A DNA stretch of 64,000 nucleotides, taken from Candidatus Omnitrophota bacterium (GTDB lineage Bacteria > Omnitrophota > Gorgyraeia > Duberdicusellales > 4484-171). A model generated the notes under the pieces. The model searched no databases. It saw only the letters and a list, made by a program, of their open reading frames with translations, and was not told the DNA's origin. Below are positions 1 to 12,013 of this stretch, one piece after another. A program made the translations under genes and the position numbers. Positions within the stretch are counted from its first letter, which is position 1. Each line of letters starts with the position of its first letter. The DNA lies in contig JAIPGM010000004.1 of the NCBI GenBank assembly GCA_021735655.1, forward strand, positions 32,001-96,000, written 5' to 3'.

Positions 1-261
1 TTTAAAGTCGATTATGCTATCAAGAGAATATTTTTTAGCTATTTTTAGCATAATCTCCTCTTCCCCCAGGCCAGCCTCTAAAAAGGCGTCTATGTAAGCT
101 TTCATCTCTTTAGCGTGAGCACAAGTGCAGGAAATAAAAGATTTGCCGCACTTGCAACATTCCAATTTAGAATAAATGTCTTCTTTGGCCCCGGCAAAAA
201 CAGTACTGCTAAAAAACGCAACCAGTAAAACAAAAACAATAACTTTTAATTTTTTACTCAT
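1..261 (-). CDS. Partial (C-terminal part beyond window start) secreted CxxC protein, CcmH/NrfF-like thiol-disulfide oxidoreductase
   Basis: Manual minus-strand translation from ATG at 261-259: MSKKLKVIVFVLLVAFFSSTVFA signal peptide, then LECCKCGKSF..CTCAHAKEMKAYIDAFLEAGLGEEEIMLKIAKKYS. This resembles the CcmH LRCxxC...G.sd.EI...v.rYG pattern. No stop codon before position 1. Confidence 0.35.
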   Translation of the reverse strand, partial: MSKKLKVIVFVLLVAFFSSTVFAGAKEDIYSKLECCKCGKSFISCTCAHAKEMKAYIDAFLEAGLGEEEIMLKIAKKYSLDSIIDFK

Positions 262-1378
262 CGTTCTCTCCTCCTTCTACCGGATAGCCGGCATCTTCCC
301 AGGCGCCAAAGCCATCCTCAAAAACCTTGATTCTTCCCGGCTTAAAACCATTCTTGATCAAAATTCTTCCGGCACTCATACTGGCATCGCACTTTCCTCC
401 GTCCCAGGTACCTTCACAATAAAAAACCACCTCTTTATCAGGTGATATTTTATCAAGATTGTATTCTAAATCTGAAAGCGGAATACCCAGAGCGTCTTTA
501 ACATGCCCGGCCGAATAATCATCCTTATTTCTAACATCAACCCAAATAATATCCTTAAACAATAAAAAGTAATGTTCGTAAGCTTCCTCTAGGTGGACTA
601 TGGCCGGTTCTTGGCTAGCCGGTAACTTTGGCCCGCGAATTAAAGGATAACCTTTTTTCTCCCAAAAAGAGATACCGTCTAAGTTGTAAGCGTTGTAACC
701 CTTCTGCCGCAGCTTCTTGGTTATGTAACTGCTTCTATGGCCGGCTCCGCAATAAGAAACTAGAGGTGTTTCTTTGTCGATGTCCTGAAGTTTAGCTAAA
801 ACATTCTCATCATTGCGGTCGAACCTGCTTTTAGGAAACCATACGGCCTCGGGGATGTGCCGTTCAATATATTCATTCTCTTCCCTTACGTCTAAAATAA
901 CTATTTTTTGTTCCTTCCCTAACCGTTCATAGAGCTCAGTTGAGCTAAGGCTGGGTATCTTGGAAATGTTTTTCTGGCCAAAGGATGCCTTAGGCCCAAT
1001 CTCAGCTGAAATACTAAATTTTAACTTGGGCTGGGAGAGATCATTAGAAACAAGGTAGATATATTTCTCGTCTTTGCCGGGCTGCTTGCCTTGAGGATTG
1101 TAAATTACTTTTAATTCTGCCTTAACTCCGGCTGGTATTCGGTTAGAAGAAATCTCAGCAGTAGTACAACCGCAGGTAGTATAGACTTTCTCAATAACCA
1201 GATCCTCATCCCCGACATTCTCTACCGTAAAAATCTTCTCTTTTCTCTGGCTTTCCTCTATCTTGCCAAAATCCCAGTAATTTGAATCAACCCTAATATT
1301 GGGGCCGGATTTTCCGGCGGCTTCTTGGCTGAAAAATAAAGAAAAAAACAATAATAAATAAAGCAATTTTTTCATCAA
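254..1378 (-). CDS. Secreted tandem-rhodanese sulfurtransferase with N-terminal DUF1573-like domain
   Basis: Signal peptide MMKKLLYLLLFFSLFFSQEAAG. DUF1573-like VDSNYWDFGKI...TCGCTT. Two rhodanese modules with active-site loops CGAGHRSS and CEGTWDGGKC. Confidence 0.7.
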   Translation of the reverse strand: MMKKLLYLLLFFSLFFSQEAAGKSGPNIRVDSNYWDFGKIEESQRKEKIFTVENVGDEDLVIEKVYTTCGCTTAEISSNRIPAGVKAELKVIYNPQGKQPGKDEKYIYLVSNDLSQPKLKFSISAEIGPKASFGQKNISKIPSLSSTELYERLGKEQKIVILDVREENEYIERHIPEAVWFPKSRFDRNDENVLAKLQDIDKETPLVSYCGAGHRSSYITKKLRQKGYNAYNLDGISFWEKKGYPLIRGPKLPASQEPAIVHLEEAYEHYFLLFKDIIWVDVRNKDDYSAGHVKDALGIPLSDLEYNLDKISPDKEVVFYCEGTWDGGKCDASMSAGRILIKNGFKPGRIKVFEDGFGAWEDAGYPVEGGENDE

Positions 1379-1617
1379 TCAGCTTCCTTTTTCTGCTTTC
1401 CTTCATGACAGCTCTTAGGAACTTTTCCGCTGCCTTTGGCAATCCAGTTTAAGAATCCATCAGTGGGCTTTCTCCTAAGATAATCTCCAATATTCTCCTG
1501 GAAAGTAGCTTTGCAGGCTTGACAATCAAAATAATAAGTTTTTCCCTGATGAGAAAAAAAATATTCCGTATTTTTACTCACCCTTACTCCGCATACGGGA
1601 TCCCGTTTTTTAAACAT
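1375..1617 (-). CDS. YHS/TRASH-domain small metal-binding protein
   Basis: 80 aa with DPVCGVRV...YYFDCQAC, a YHS-like Cys pattern. It lies immediately upstream of copA on the same strand, with a 4-nt overlap with the downstream rhodanese gene. Confidence 0.55.
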   Translation of the reverse strand: MFKKRDPVCGVRVSKNTEYFFSHQGKTYYFDCQACKATFQENIGDYLRRKPTDGFLNWIAKGSGKVPKSCHEGKQKKEAD

Positions 1618-1630
1618 TTTTAACCTCCAA

Positions 1631-4111
1631 TTATATTGCCCGCTTGTACCTTCGCATCAACAAAGAATTAGATACTACGCTGACCGAACTAAAGGCCATG
1701 GCTGCGCCGGCAATCATCGGGTTCAATAAAAACCCAAATATTGGATAAAGTATACCGGCAGCAACCGGTATACCGGCAGCATTATAAAAGAAAGCCCAGA
1801 AAAGATTCTGTTTTATCTTCTTCATCGCATAATGCGATAAATCCATAGCCATAACCACATCGCGCAGGTCATCCTTAATCAATACTATGTCGCCGGATTC
1901 AATAGCTACATCGGTTCCGCTGCCGATAGCCAACCCAATATCAGCCTGAGTTAAAGCCGGGGCATCATTTATACCGTCGCCGACCATAGCTACTTTTAAA
2001 CCTTCAGCCTGAAGCTTCTTGACTTCATTAGCTTTATCTTTAGGCAGGACTTCGGCTAAAACCCGCTTAATACCCAGTTGTTTGGCTATGGCTTGGCCGG
2101 TGCGTTTGTTATCGCCGGTAATCATAATCACCTGTTTTTTCATCTGTTTCAATTTAGCCACTGCCGCTTTAGAAAATTCCTTCAAAGTATCGGCTACGGC
2201 GATAATTCCGATTAGCTTATCGGCAGCAGCTACCAGCATAGCGGTTTTCCCTTCGTTCTCTAATTTTTCTAAATCTTTTTCTGCTTTTAAAATATCGATA
2301 TTCTCTTCCTCCATAAACTTTCGATTACCCAGTAAAACTCTTACTCCCTCTACCCGGGCCAATACGCCTTTGCCGGTGATTGAGTTAAAATCAGTGATTG
2401 CTTTTAATTCTATAGCCTTATCTTTGGCTCCTTTTACAATTGCTTCAGCCAGAGGATGCTCAGAACTTTTCTCCACCGACGCCGCTAAACACAATACTTC
2501 ACTATCAGCTTTATCATAAGCTACCACATCTGTAATTTGCGGTTCTCCCTTGGTAAGTGTACCGGTCTTATCAAAAACTATTGCTTGAATTTGATGGGCT
2601 AGCTGAAGGCTTTCGGCACTCTTGATCAATATGCCGTTTTCTGCCCCTAAACCGGTCCCGACCATTACGGCAGTCGGGGTAGCTAAGCCCAAAGCACAGG
2701 GACAGGCAATAATTAAAACGGCAATGAAAATAGTTAAAGCAAAAACAAACCCCTGGCCAACAGCCAGCCAGATAATAAAAGCTAAGATAGCAATTCCTAC
2801 TACTGCCGGCACAAAATAGGCTGATATCTTATCGGCTAATTCCTGAATTGGCGCCTTAGACCCCTGGGCTTCTTCGACCAATCTGATGATCTGAGCCAAA
2901 GCCGTATCTTTGCCGACTTTGGTAGCTTTAAACTTAAAACTACCGGTTTTATTTATGGTAGCTCCGATAACCTGGCTGCCTTTAGATTTTTCAACCGGGA
3001 TACTTTCTCCGCTGATCATTGACTCATCCACGCTGGAATAGCCGTCTGTTACTTGGCCGTCAACCGGAATTTTTGCTCCCGGCCTGACTATGACAATATC
3101 GCCGGCTATTACTTCTTCTACCGAAACCTCCTGCTCCTTACCGTTACGTAAAACCAGGGCTTTTTTCGCTTGAAGGCCCATGAGTTTTTTTATCGCCTCA
3201 GAAGTTTTACCTTTAGCGATTGATTCTAAAAACTTACCTAACAAGATAAAAGCAATCAAGAATCCAGCAATCTCATAATAAAGATTTTTCATATCAAAAG
3301 CAGATGAGCCCGACCAGATCACTATCGAAACATATAAACTATAAAGGTAAGCTGCTCCCACACCTAAAGCCACCAAAGTATCCATGTTCGCAGTATGGGT
3401 TTTAATCACTGCCGAAAAACCTCGAGTAAAAAACTGATAGCCGGCAAACATAATCGGAGTAGCCAGGAGAAACTGAATCAAAGCCATATTATTTACCATC
3501 CAGGAAGCAAGAGGCAGTTTTAACCCCGAACTCATCGCAAAATACATCAGCGGCGCAGCCAGAATAATCGAAACTATAAACTTAAGTTTAAGAATTCTTA
3601 TCTCCCTTTCTCGAGTTTCTTTTTCTAAATCCGGGGTGGCTTTTTCTTGCTCAATCGGCTCATAGCCAGCGGCTTTAATTACGGCTTTAATCTTCTCGGC
3701 AGAAAGAATAGCCGGATCAAATTTAATCTTTGCCCGCTGGTTCACCAATAACTCTTTGCTGGTTATCCCCTTAAGGCTGTTTAGGGCTCCCTCTACCGTG
3801 CTAAGGCAATGAGGGTTGTCCATACCGATAACTTTAAGCTCTAACAGGCCTGCGGTTTTCTTATTGCCGGCTACCTTGTAGCCGGTTTTCTCTATAGCCT
3901 TATGCAAAACCTCCAAATTAACTTTACCGGAATCATAGTCAACATAAGCCTTTTCGCTGGCAAAATTAACCCTGGCTTGTTTTACTCCCGGAGTTTTTTT
4001 CAAGGCACCTTCAATAGTTGCCACACAGCTCGCACAGTGCATACCGCTTATACTGATAACCGTCTTACTTAAACCAGACATAGATTTACCCTCTCCTTTC
4101 GTTATCCGCAA
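1631..4111 (-). CDS. copA: Copper-translocating P1B-type ATPase
   Basis: 826 aa. Two N-terminal HMA domains (GMHCASCV; second one degenerate). CPC transmembrane motif ([13 protein letters not shown]), DKTGTLT phosphorylation site, GDGINDAP hinge. Confidence 0.95.
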   Translation of the reverse strand: MRITKGEGKSMSGLSKTVISISGMHCASCVATIEGALKKTPGVKQARVNFASEKAYVDYDSGKVNLEVLHKAIEKTGYKVAGNKKTAGLLELKVIGMDNPHCLSTVEGALNSLKGITSKELLVNQRAKIKFDPAILSAEKIKAVIKAAGYEPIEQEKATPDLEKETREREIRILKLKFIVSIILAAPLMYFAMSSGLKLPLASWMVNNMALIQFLLATPIMFAGYQFFTRGFSAVIKTHTANMDTLVALGVGAAYLYSLYVSIVIWSGSSAFDMKNLYYEIAGFLIAFILLGKFLESIAKGKTSEAIKKLMGLQAKKALVLRNGKEQEVSVEEVIAGDIVIVRPGAKIPVDGQVTDGYSSVDESMISGESIPVEKSKGSQVIGATINKTGSFKFKATKVGKDTALAQIIRLVEEAQGSKAPIQELADKISAYFVPAVVGIAILAFIIWLAVGQGFVFALTIFIAVLIIACPCALGLATPTAVMVGTGLGAENGILIKSAESLQLAHQIQAIVFDKTGTLTKGEPQITDVVAYDKADSEVLCLAASVEKSSEHPLAEAIVKGAKDKAIELKAITDFNSITGKGVLARVEGVRVLLGNRKFMEEENIDILKAEKDLEKLENEGKTAMLVAAADKLIGIIAVADTLKEFSKAAVAKLKQMKKQVIMITGDNKRTGQAIAKQLGIKRVLAEVLPKDKANEVKKLQAEGLKVAMVGDGINDAPALTQADIGLAIGSGTDVAIESGDIVLIKDDLRDVVMAMDLSHYAMKKIKQNLFWAFFYNAAGIPVAAGILYPIFGFLLNPMIAGAAMAFSSVSVVSNSLLMRRYKRAI

Positions 4112-4140
4112 CCCCCTGACTGTTCTTTTCCGAGATACTC

Positions 4141-4533
4141 TTAATGATGAGCCTCATGTCCGGAAGGCATTTCTTTTTCACTGTTTTTTCTGCCCTGGCC
4201 GGCATCATCTTTACCCATCATCGGACAACTTTTCATCATTTCTTTCATCATTTGCCGCATTCCTTCGCTATCGATGCTTAGCTCAACCTCTTTCACCAAA
4301 TTTAACTTTTTATCATATTTAACAAGCTTATTGCCTAAAAGCAACACTACCCCTCCATCTTCAGTGGCCACTAATTGTTTTTTAACCATCATCTGCATCA
4401 TACCTTTTCCCATCATACTCTTGCTCATCATACCTTTATCCATCATCTCTGAAGAATGTTCTTCAGCAAAAACAGAAAAGTTAACAACAACCAACAGCAA
4501 ACTACCTAAAACAATACCGGTAAACCGCTTCAT
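4141..4533 (-). CDS. Periplasmic methionine-rich (MxxM/MMxxM repeats) putative Cu(I)-binding protein
   Basis: Signal peptide, then [20 protein letters not shown] and [17 protein letters not shown], ending in a His-rich GHEAHH tail. Directly upstream of copA. Confidence 0.5.
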   Translation of the reverse strand: MKRFTGIVLGSLLLVVVNFSVFAEEHSSEMMDKGMMSKSMMGKGMMQMMVKKQLVATEDGGVVLLLGNKLVKYDKKLNLVKEVELSIDSEGMRQMMKEMMKSCPMMGKDDAGQGRKNSEKEMPSGHEAHH

Positions 4534-4534
4534 C

Positions 4535-4723
4535 TTACGCCTCCTTTTTTAATCCGGGAATAAAAGCCGGAACCCGTTTTCTGTACTCCAGAAATTCCCA
4601 GTCGAACTGCTTCTCGACTTCTTTTTCCTCTCTCATCGCTAACTTGTAGTAAACCGACACAAGAACCGGCCACATCCCGTATGCATAACTGTCTAAACCT
4701 TCTCCAGGCATATTTATCTTCAT
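4535..4723 (-). pseudogene. Fragment resembling the C-terminus of an isoprenylcysteine carboxyl methyltransferase (ICMT/PEMT) family protein
   Basis: 62 aa ending ...REEKEVEKQFDWEFLEYRKRVPAFIP, like the ICMT C-terminal EE..L...FG.eY..Y...V.r.iP motif. The full family is about 150-200 aa, and there is no room for the rest before metW. Confidence 0.3.
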
Positions 4724-4870
4724 TTATAATTATGCCTAGTCTAGGCAAGACTGTAAATTAGACCTTAGCCCAATAGCCAACTCTATGATACCACACCCCC
4801 CTATGGTATGTCAAGATGATATTAAAATATTTTCCGCTCATAACTCCTTGAGAATAAGGGTCTTACAAGC

Positions 4871-5461
4871 TTAATCCTTAGTAACCAAAAAAATAGCGTT
4901 TAAAGCGAAAAGGTTGGGGAAAAACTTTACTAACTTCCTTTTGCCAAGATAAAAGGCACTAGAAACCTTTATCTGTTTTTCAACACAGAAGTCTTTAAAG
5001 TCATTAATGCTCAAAAAATGAACATTGGGTGTATCATGCCAATGGTAAGGTAAAGAAGCGGTTATCGGAACTTTTCCTCTAAAGAAAATTCTAAAGCGGG
5101 CCGGAAAATAGGTAAAATTGGGAAAGCCAACAATTACTTCTTTGCCAATCCTCAAAGATTCAGTCACTACGTAGTCGACTTTTTTAATTTCTTGCATACT
5201 TTGATTCAATATCACATAATCAAAAGCTTTAGCCGGATATCCAGAAAGCCCTGTTTCAATGTCGCCATGGAATACACTTAAATCCTTCTCAACACAATTA
5301 TAAATACCTCTCTCATCCAGCTCAATGCCTTGTGCTTTTACTTTCTTTTCTTTGACTAAAAAATGCAAAAGATCTCCATTGCCGCAGCCAAGATCAAGCA
5401 CCTTAGCTCCGGGTTTAACAATCTTATAGATTATCCTATGGTCCAAACGTATCTTATCCAT
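4871..5461 (-). CDS. metW: Methionine biosynthesis protein MetW (SAM-MTase-like partner of MetX)
   Basis: [30 protein letters not shown] are conserved MetW blocks. It overlaps metX by 8 nt. Confidence 0.8.
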   Translation of the reverse strand: MDKIRLDHRIIYKIVKPGAKVLDLGCGNGDLLHFLVKEKKVKAQGIELDERGIYNCVEKDLSVFHGDIETGLSGYPAKAFDYVILNQSMQEIKKVDYVVTESLRIGKEVIVGFPNFTYFPARFRIFFRGKVPITASLPYHWHDTPNVHFLSINDFKDFCVEKQIKVSSAFYLGKRKLVKFFPNLFALNAIFLVTKD

Positions 5462-6596
5462 TTTTCACCAAATCATAGGTCTTTCTCAAAAAATTCTTAA
5501 CCAAACGGGTCTGTTCGTCAACCTCCAGCAAAAAAGCATCGTGGCCATAGGTTGACTCTATTTCACAATAAGTAACATCAACTTGTCGAGTTTTAAGCTG
5601 CTGAATTATCTCTCTAGACTGATAAGGCGGATAGAGCCAGTCTGACTTAAAGGCAATAACTAAGAAGCGAGTATCAATTTTGTTACTCTTCGCCACTAAT
5701 TTCCCTTCTGACAAATCAAGATAGTCCATAGCCTTAGTGATATAAAGGTAGCTGTTAGCATCAAAGCGCTTTACAAAGCTATCTCCTTGATATCTCAAAT
5801 ATCCTTCAACTTCAAAGTCAGTCTTAAAACTAAAGCTATAGTTTTTTTCTTTAAGTTTACGGGAAAACTTCTTCTCCATCGACTCATCGCTCATATAAGT
5901 TATATGACCGATCATCCTAGCAACAGACAAACCCCTCTGAGGCTGAGATTTTCCGTAGTAATTACCCTCAAGCCAATCTGGGTCAGCCATTACCGCCTGC
6001 CTCCCAACCTCATCGAAAGCTATTTGCTGAGGAGAATGCTTTAAGGCCGTAGCTATAGGAATTGCCGATGAGATGACTTCCGGATAAGAAGCTGCCCATT
6101 GTAAGACTTGCATACCACCCATTGATCCGCCAGTAACACAAAGTATCTTCTTAATGCCTAAATAATCTATAAGTCTCTTCTGAGCCGCGACCATATCAGC
6201 AATGGTAATTATCGGAAAATCAATACCATAAGGTTTATTGGTCTTAGGGCTAGTTGAAGAAGGCCCGGTTGAGCCTTTACAGCCACCAAGAACATTAGAG
6301 CAAATTATGAAATACTTATCGGTATCAAAAGCTTTGCCCGGGCCAATCATTATATCCCACCAGCCGGGTTTTTCGTCTCCTTGATGAAAACCAGCCGCAT
6401 GAGCATCACCGCTTAAAGCATGGGCAACTAGAACGGCATTGGTTTTAGCTGAATTTAATTCCCCATAAGTTTCATAGCAAAGAGTAATCGGGCCTAGCTC
6501 TCCCCCATTAGCTAGCTTAAGCTGATCAGACTGATCAGCAAAAGTAAAACTCTGCGGTTCAATAATTCCTAAGCTATTTTTAGCATTTTTGCTCAT
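5454..6596 (-). CDS. metX: Homoserine O-acetyltransferase
   Basis: 380 aa alpha/beta hydrolase with the GGSMGGMQ nucleophile elbow and a typical MetXA N-terminus ([13 protein letters not shown]). Confidence 0.9.
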   Translation of the reverse strand: MSKNAKNSLGIIEPQSFTFADQSDQLKLANGGELGPITLCYETYGELNSAKTNAVLVAHALSGDAHAAGFHQGDEKPGWWDIMIGPGKAFDTDKYFIICSNVLGGCKGSTGPSSTSPKTNKPYGIDFPIITIADMVAAQKRLIDYLGIKKILCVTGGSMGGMQVLQWAASYPEVISSAIPIATALKHSPQQIAFDEVGRQAVMADPDWLEGNYYGKSQPQRGLSVARMIGHITYMSDESMEKKFSRKLKEKNYSFSFKTDFEVEGYLRYQGDSFVKRFDANSYLYITKAMDYLDLSEGKLVAKSNKIDTRFLVIAFKSDWLYPPYQSREIIQQLKTRQVDVTYCEIESTYGHDAFLLEVDEQTRLVKNFLRKTYDLVKNG

Positions 6597-6673
6597 AATT
6601 TACTAGATTTACTACTTAATCTGACTAAAGATTATTAGACCACAAGAGCAAACATTGTTCAAGGCCTTTATTC

Positions 6674-7600
6674 TTAGCCCTTAAACAACCAGGTTGAAAG
6701 ATATCTTTCGCCAGTATCGGGTAGAATTGCCACAATTGTTTTTCCTGAGGAATCTTTACGCTTGGCTACCTCTAGGGCCGCCCACATTGCTGCTCCGCTG
6801 GATATACCGACAAAAATTCCTTCCTTCTTAGCTAAAAGGCCAGCAACTTTACCGGCATCAACATGGGACACCTTTATAATTTCATCGATTATTTCTCGAT
6901 TTAAAACTTCCGGGATAAACCCGGCACCGATTCCCTGAATTTTATGCGAACCTGGTTTTTCACCGGAGATAACCGCTGACTCAACTGGTTCAAGGGCGAT
7001 AACCTTTAAAGATTTATTTTTTTTCTTTAAGGCTTCGCCTACCCCGGTTACTGTGCCTCCAGTACCAACCCCGGAAATAAAAATATCAATTTTTCCGCCA
7101 GTGGCTTCCCAAATTTCTTCGGCTGTTGTAATTCTATGAATCTCGGGATTAGCCGGATTATTAAACTGTTGAGGTACAAAACTGTTGGGAGTGTTTTTTG
7201 CAATTTCTTCTGCCTTTTCAACAGCCCCCTTCATGCCTTTAGCTCCTTCAGTCAATACTAATTCTGCTCCAAAAATCTCAAGAAGTTGCCGACGCTCAAT
7301 ACTCATTGTGTCAGGCATGGTAAGAATTAATCTATAGCCCTTAGCAGCACAAACAAAAGCTAAAGCTATCCCAGTATTTCCGCTAGTCGGTTCTACTATA
7401 ACCGAACCCTTCTTGATTAAACCTTTACTTTCAGCATCCGCAATCATTGCTGCGCCAATTCTGTCTTTAACGCTGGAAAGTGGATTAAAAGATTCTAATT
7501 TTGCCAATACTGTAGCCTGGGTATCTTTTGCCAAACGGTTGATTTTCACCAAAGGAGTATTGCCAATAGTTTTCGTAATATCATCTAATATTTTCGCCAC
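6674..7600 (-). CDS. cysK: Cysteine synthase (O-acetylserine sulfhydrylase)
   Basis: PLP-binding K in [22 protein letters not shown], GxGTGGT loop. 308 aa. Confidence 0.9.
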   Translation of the reverse strand: MAKILDDITKTIGNTPLVKINRLAKDTQATVLAKLESFNPLSSVKDRIGAAMIADAESKGLIKKGSVIVEPTSGNTGIALAFVCAAKGYRLILTMPDTMSIERRQLLEIFGAELVLTEGAKGMKGAVEKAEEIAKNTPNSFVPQQFNNPANPEIHRITTAEEIWEATGGKIDIFISGVGTGGTVTGVGEALKKKNKSLKVIALEPVESAVISGEKPGSHKIQGIGAGFIPEVLNREIIDEIIKVSHVDAGKVAGLLAKKEGIFVGISSGAAMWAALEVAKRKDSSGKTIVAILPDTGERYLSTWLFKG

Positions 7601-7617
7601 AATAACCTCCTTAGTTA

Positions 7618-9916
<2,299 letters not shown>

Positions 9917-9922
9917 TTTATT

Positions 9923-10777
9923 TTATAAACTTACCCAGTCCTCAGATACAATATTTCCTTTAATGCCTACCACTACACATTTCAACGGTACTTTTCTTTG
10001 GGCTTGGCCCAACCCTTCTTTTACTAAAGCCAAGAGACCACCACAGCAAGGAACCTCCATAATCATTACAGTTAAAGTATTGATTTTTGCCTCATCAGCC
10101 AAAATTTTTATCTTTTCTAAATAAACCTCTTTATTCGTATCTAATTTAGGGCAAGCAATAGCCAAAGATTTCCCAACTAGATATTTGGAATGAAAATTAC
10201 CCAAGGTATAAGCTACGCAATCAGCCGAAAGCAAAACATCTTTTCCCTGAAAATATGGCGCTCGGGGTGATACCAAATGTAATTGAAGCGGCCACTGCCT
10301 TAAAGCTGACGGTTGCTCTCCTGACACTTCTCCTATGTCTGGCTTATCAGAAAAATCCATCGTTCGCATCCCCGGACAACCCTGATGCGCCGCCACAAGC
10401 TTATCTTTAGCAACCGCAAAACCTTCAGGAATTTCTATGCCCTTTGTTTTTAACACTTCTAAGGCCTGTTTAAGGTATCCTCCTTCTCCGTGAACCTTCA
10501 AATGTTCAAGATGAGCTTTAATAGTACCTGCGCCTTGCTTTACAATATTCTCCATTACTTTTCTTTCGTCGTATTTTTCAGCTTCCCGTTCCTCAATGGT
10601 AATTGCATCTACCGGACAACTTCCGATACAAGCCCCTAGGCCATCACAAAAAAGATCACTAATCAAACGAACCTTTCCGTCAATAAGCTGTAAAGCCCCT
10701 TCGGGGCAATTAGGGATACAATCTCCGCAACCAGTGCATTTATCCAAATCAATTTTTATTATTTTTCTTTTTGACAT
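9923..10777 (-). CDS. Fe-S oxidoreductase: N-terminal 2x[4Fe-4S] ferredoxin domain fused to a CCG (HdrB/GlpC-like Cys-rich) domain
   Basis: CTGCGDCIPNCP and CDGLGACIGSCP ferredoxin motifs. C-terminal IACPKLD...about 35 aa...VPCCGG fits the C-x(31-39)-CCG pattern. Confidence 0.55.
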   Translation of the reverse strand: MSKRKIIKIDLDKCTGCGDCIPNCPEGALQLIDGKVRLISDLFCDGLGACIGSCPVDAITIEEREAEKYDERKVMENIVKQGAGTIKAHLEHLKVHGEGGYLKQALEVLKTKGIEIPEGFAVAKDKLVAAHQGCPGMRTMDFSDKPDIGEVSGEQPSALRQWPLQLHLVSPRAPYFQGKDVLLSADCVAYTLGNFHSKYLVGKSLAIACPKLDTNKEVYLEKIKILADEAKINTLTVMIMEVPCCGGLLALVKEGLGQAQRKVPLKCVVVGIKGNIVSEDWVSL

Positions 10778-10794
10778 GACAACCCTTTTCTAGT

Positions 10795-11238
10795 TTAAAT
10801 ATTATACATAAAAACACTCTTAGCATTCTTATCATTATATCGTTTAACTAAAGTTTCAAGAGTCACTGAATCCAAAGCCTTGATAATACTATTTCCGGTC
10901 TCATCCCAAAGTTGACGAACAATTGATACTGAGGCTGGTTGAAGACTATTATCATCTTGCAAATTATCAATTAAAGTTAAGCCACCTTCAAGAATTTCCA
11001 CTATTTCTCTAACCGTTATCTCTCCGGGAGCTTTCGCTAAAGAATAGCCACCGTGGGCTCCACGAAAAGAATTAACTAACCCTTGGGTCCGTAAAGGAAT
11101 AATGATCTGACTAAGGTACTTTTCAGAAATATCTTCCTTCCGGGCAATGTCTTTTAAAAAAACTGGCCCCTTATCGCAGGCCAAGGCTAAGGCCAGCATC
11201 AACCGAGTTCCATATCGACTACGAGCTGAAATTTTCAT
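10795..11238 (-). CDS. Rrf2-family transcriptional regulator (IscR/CymR-like)
   Basis: N-terminal wHTH MKISARSRYGTRLMLALA...; 147 aa. Embedded in the sulfur-assimilation array. Confidence 0.8.
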   Translation of the reverse strand: MKISARSRYGTRLMLALALACDKGPVFLKDIARKEDISEKYLSQIIIPLRTQGLVNSFRGAHGGYSLAKAPGEITVREIVEILEGGLTLIDNLQDDNSLQPASVSIVRQLWDETGNSIIKALDSVTLETLVKRYNDKNAKSVFMYNI

Positions 11239-11284
11239 TTTTTTCTCCTAATTACTAGTAAGATAATCACCACCATAGGTATTA

Positions 11285-12013
11285 TCAAATTCTATTACTG
11301 ACCCCTAATTTGTCAAGGAAGTTATCACGACCGATCTCTTCGATTAAAAGAGCCAATCTTTGCCTGGGTTTAGCATTATCTTTGAAAAAATTAACTACCT
11401 TCTCGATTAAAGAAAGCACCTCATCTTCGGTAAAAATTTTACCTAGCTTGAATCCCAACCGGGGAGTTCTCCCTCCACAGCCACCCAAATAAACAGCATA
11501 GCCAACTATTTTCTCAGAATGATTAAGGTCAATCTCACCGTGTATACCAATTTCAGAACTTTCGGATCGAGTGCAACGATTAGGACAACCGGAAATCGCA
11601 ATTTTAAATTTATGCGGTAGATCCAATCCGCAAACAATATTTAACTCCTTTTCTATTCTTTCAGAAAGAGAAAAGGTATTAACCAAACCTCGCTTACACC
11701 AGTTATTACCCGGACAAACAGTTGTAACTCTAAGTCGCGGGCCAGAAGTTCCAACTTTAATTTCAGCGAGTCTTAGCTCTTTCTCCACTTTCCCAATGTC
11801 TTCGAAACGAATAAAAGGAATTTCTACTGACTGACGAACTGTAAAATGAACAAAACTCCTAGCATACTTTTTAGAAATCTGAGAAAGTTTCTCTAGCTGC
11901 TCAGCTGAAGAGTTACCGGCAAGCATCCTTGTACGTAAAGTAAAATAGCCATCTTCTCGGGCCTTCAAAAACCCTCTCTTTTTTAAAGCATCTAGGTCTA
12001 TCTTATCCTTCAT
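11285..12013 (-). CDS. Small (about 27 kDa) siroheme-[4Fe-4S] sulfite/nitrite reductase-family protein (alSiR-type small sulfite reductase)
   Basis: NIR_SIR ferredoxin-like half-domain plus 4Fe-4S/siroheme Cys motifs CPGNNWC (C-x5-C) and CPNRC (C-x3-C). Only 242 aa. Confidence 0.65.
   Translation of the reverse strand: MKDKIDLDALKKRGFLKAREDGYFTLRTRMLAGNSSAEQLEKLSQISKKYARSFVHFTVRQSVEIPFIRFEDIGKVEKELRLAEIKVGTSGPRLRVTTVCPGNNWCKRGLVNTFSLSERIEKELNIVCGLDLPHKFKIAISGCPNRCTRSESSEIGIHGEIDLNHSEKIVGYAVYLGGCGGRTPRLGFKLGKIFTEDEVLSLIEKVVNFFKDNAKPRQRLALLIEEIGRDNFLDKLGVSNRI

Noticed and set aside
176-445. Plus-strand 89-aa ORF
   Set aside because: It overlaps the 3' end of the minus-strand rhodanese gene and the partial CcmH-like gene. 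It has low-complexity composition and no RBS, so it is an antisense artefact.
2019-2819. Plus-strand ORFs (166 aa and 65 aa) inside copA
   Set aside because: They lie entirely antisense to a well-supported P-type ATPase gene; Ser/Ala/Leu-rich translation is typical of the reverse frame of a coding region.
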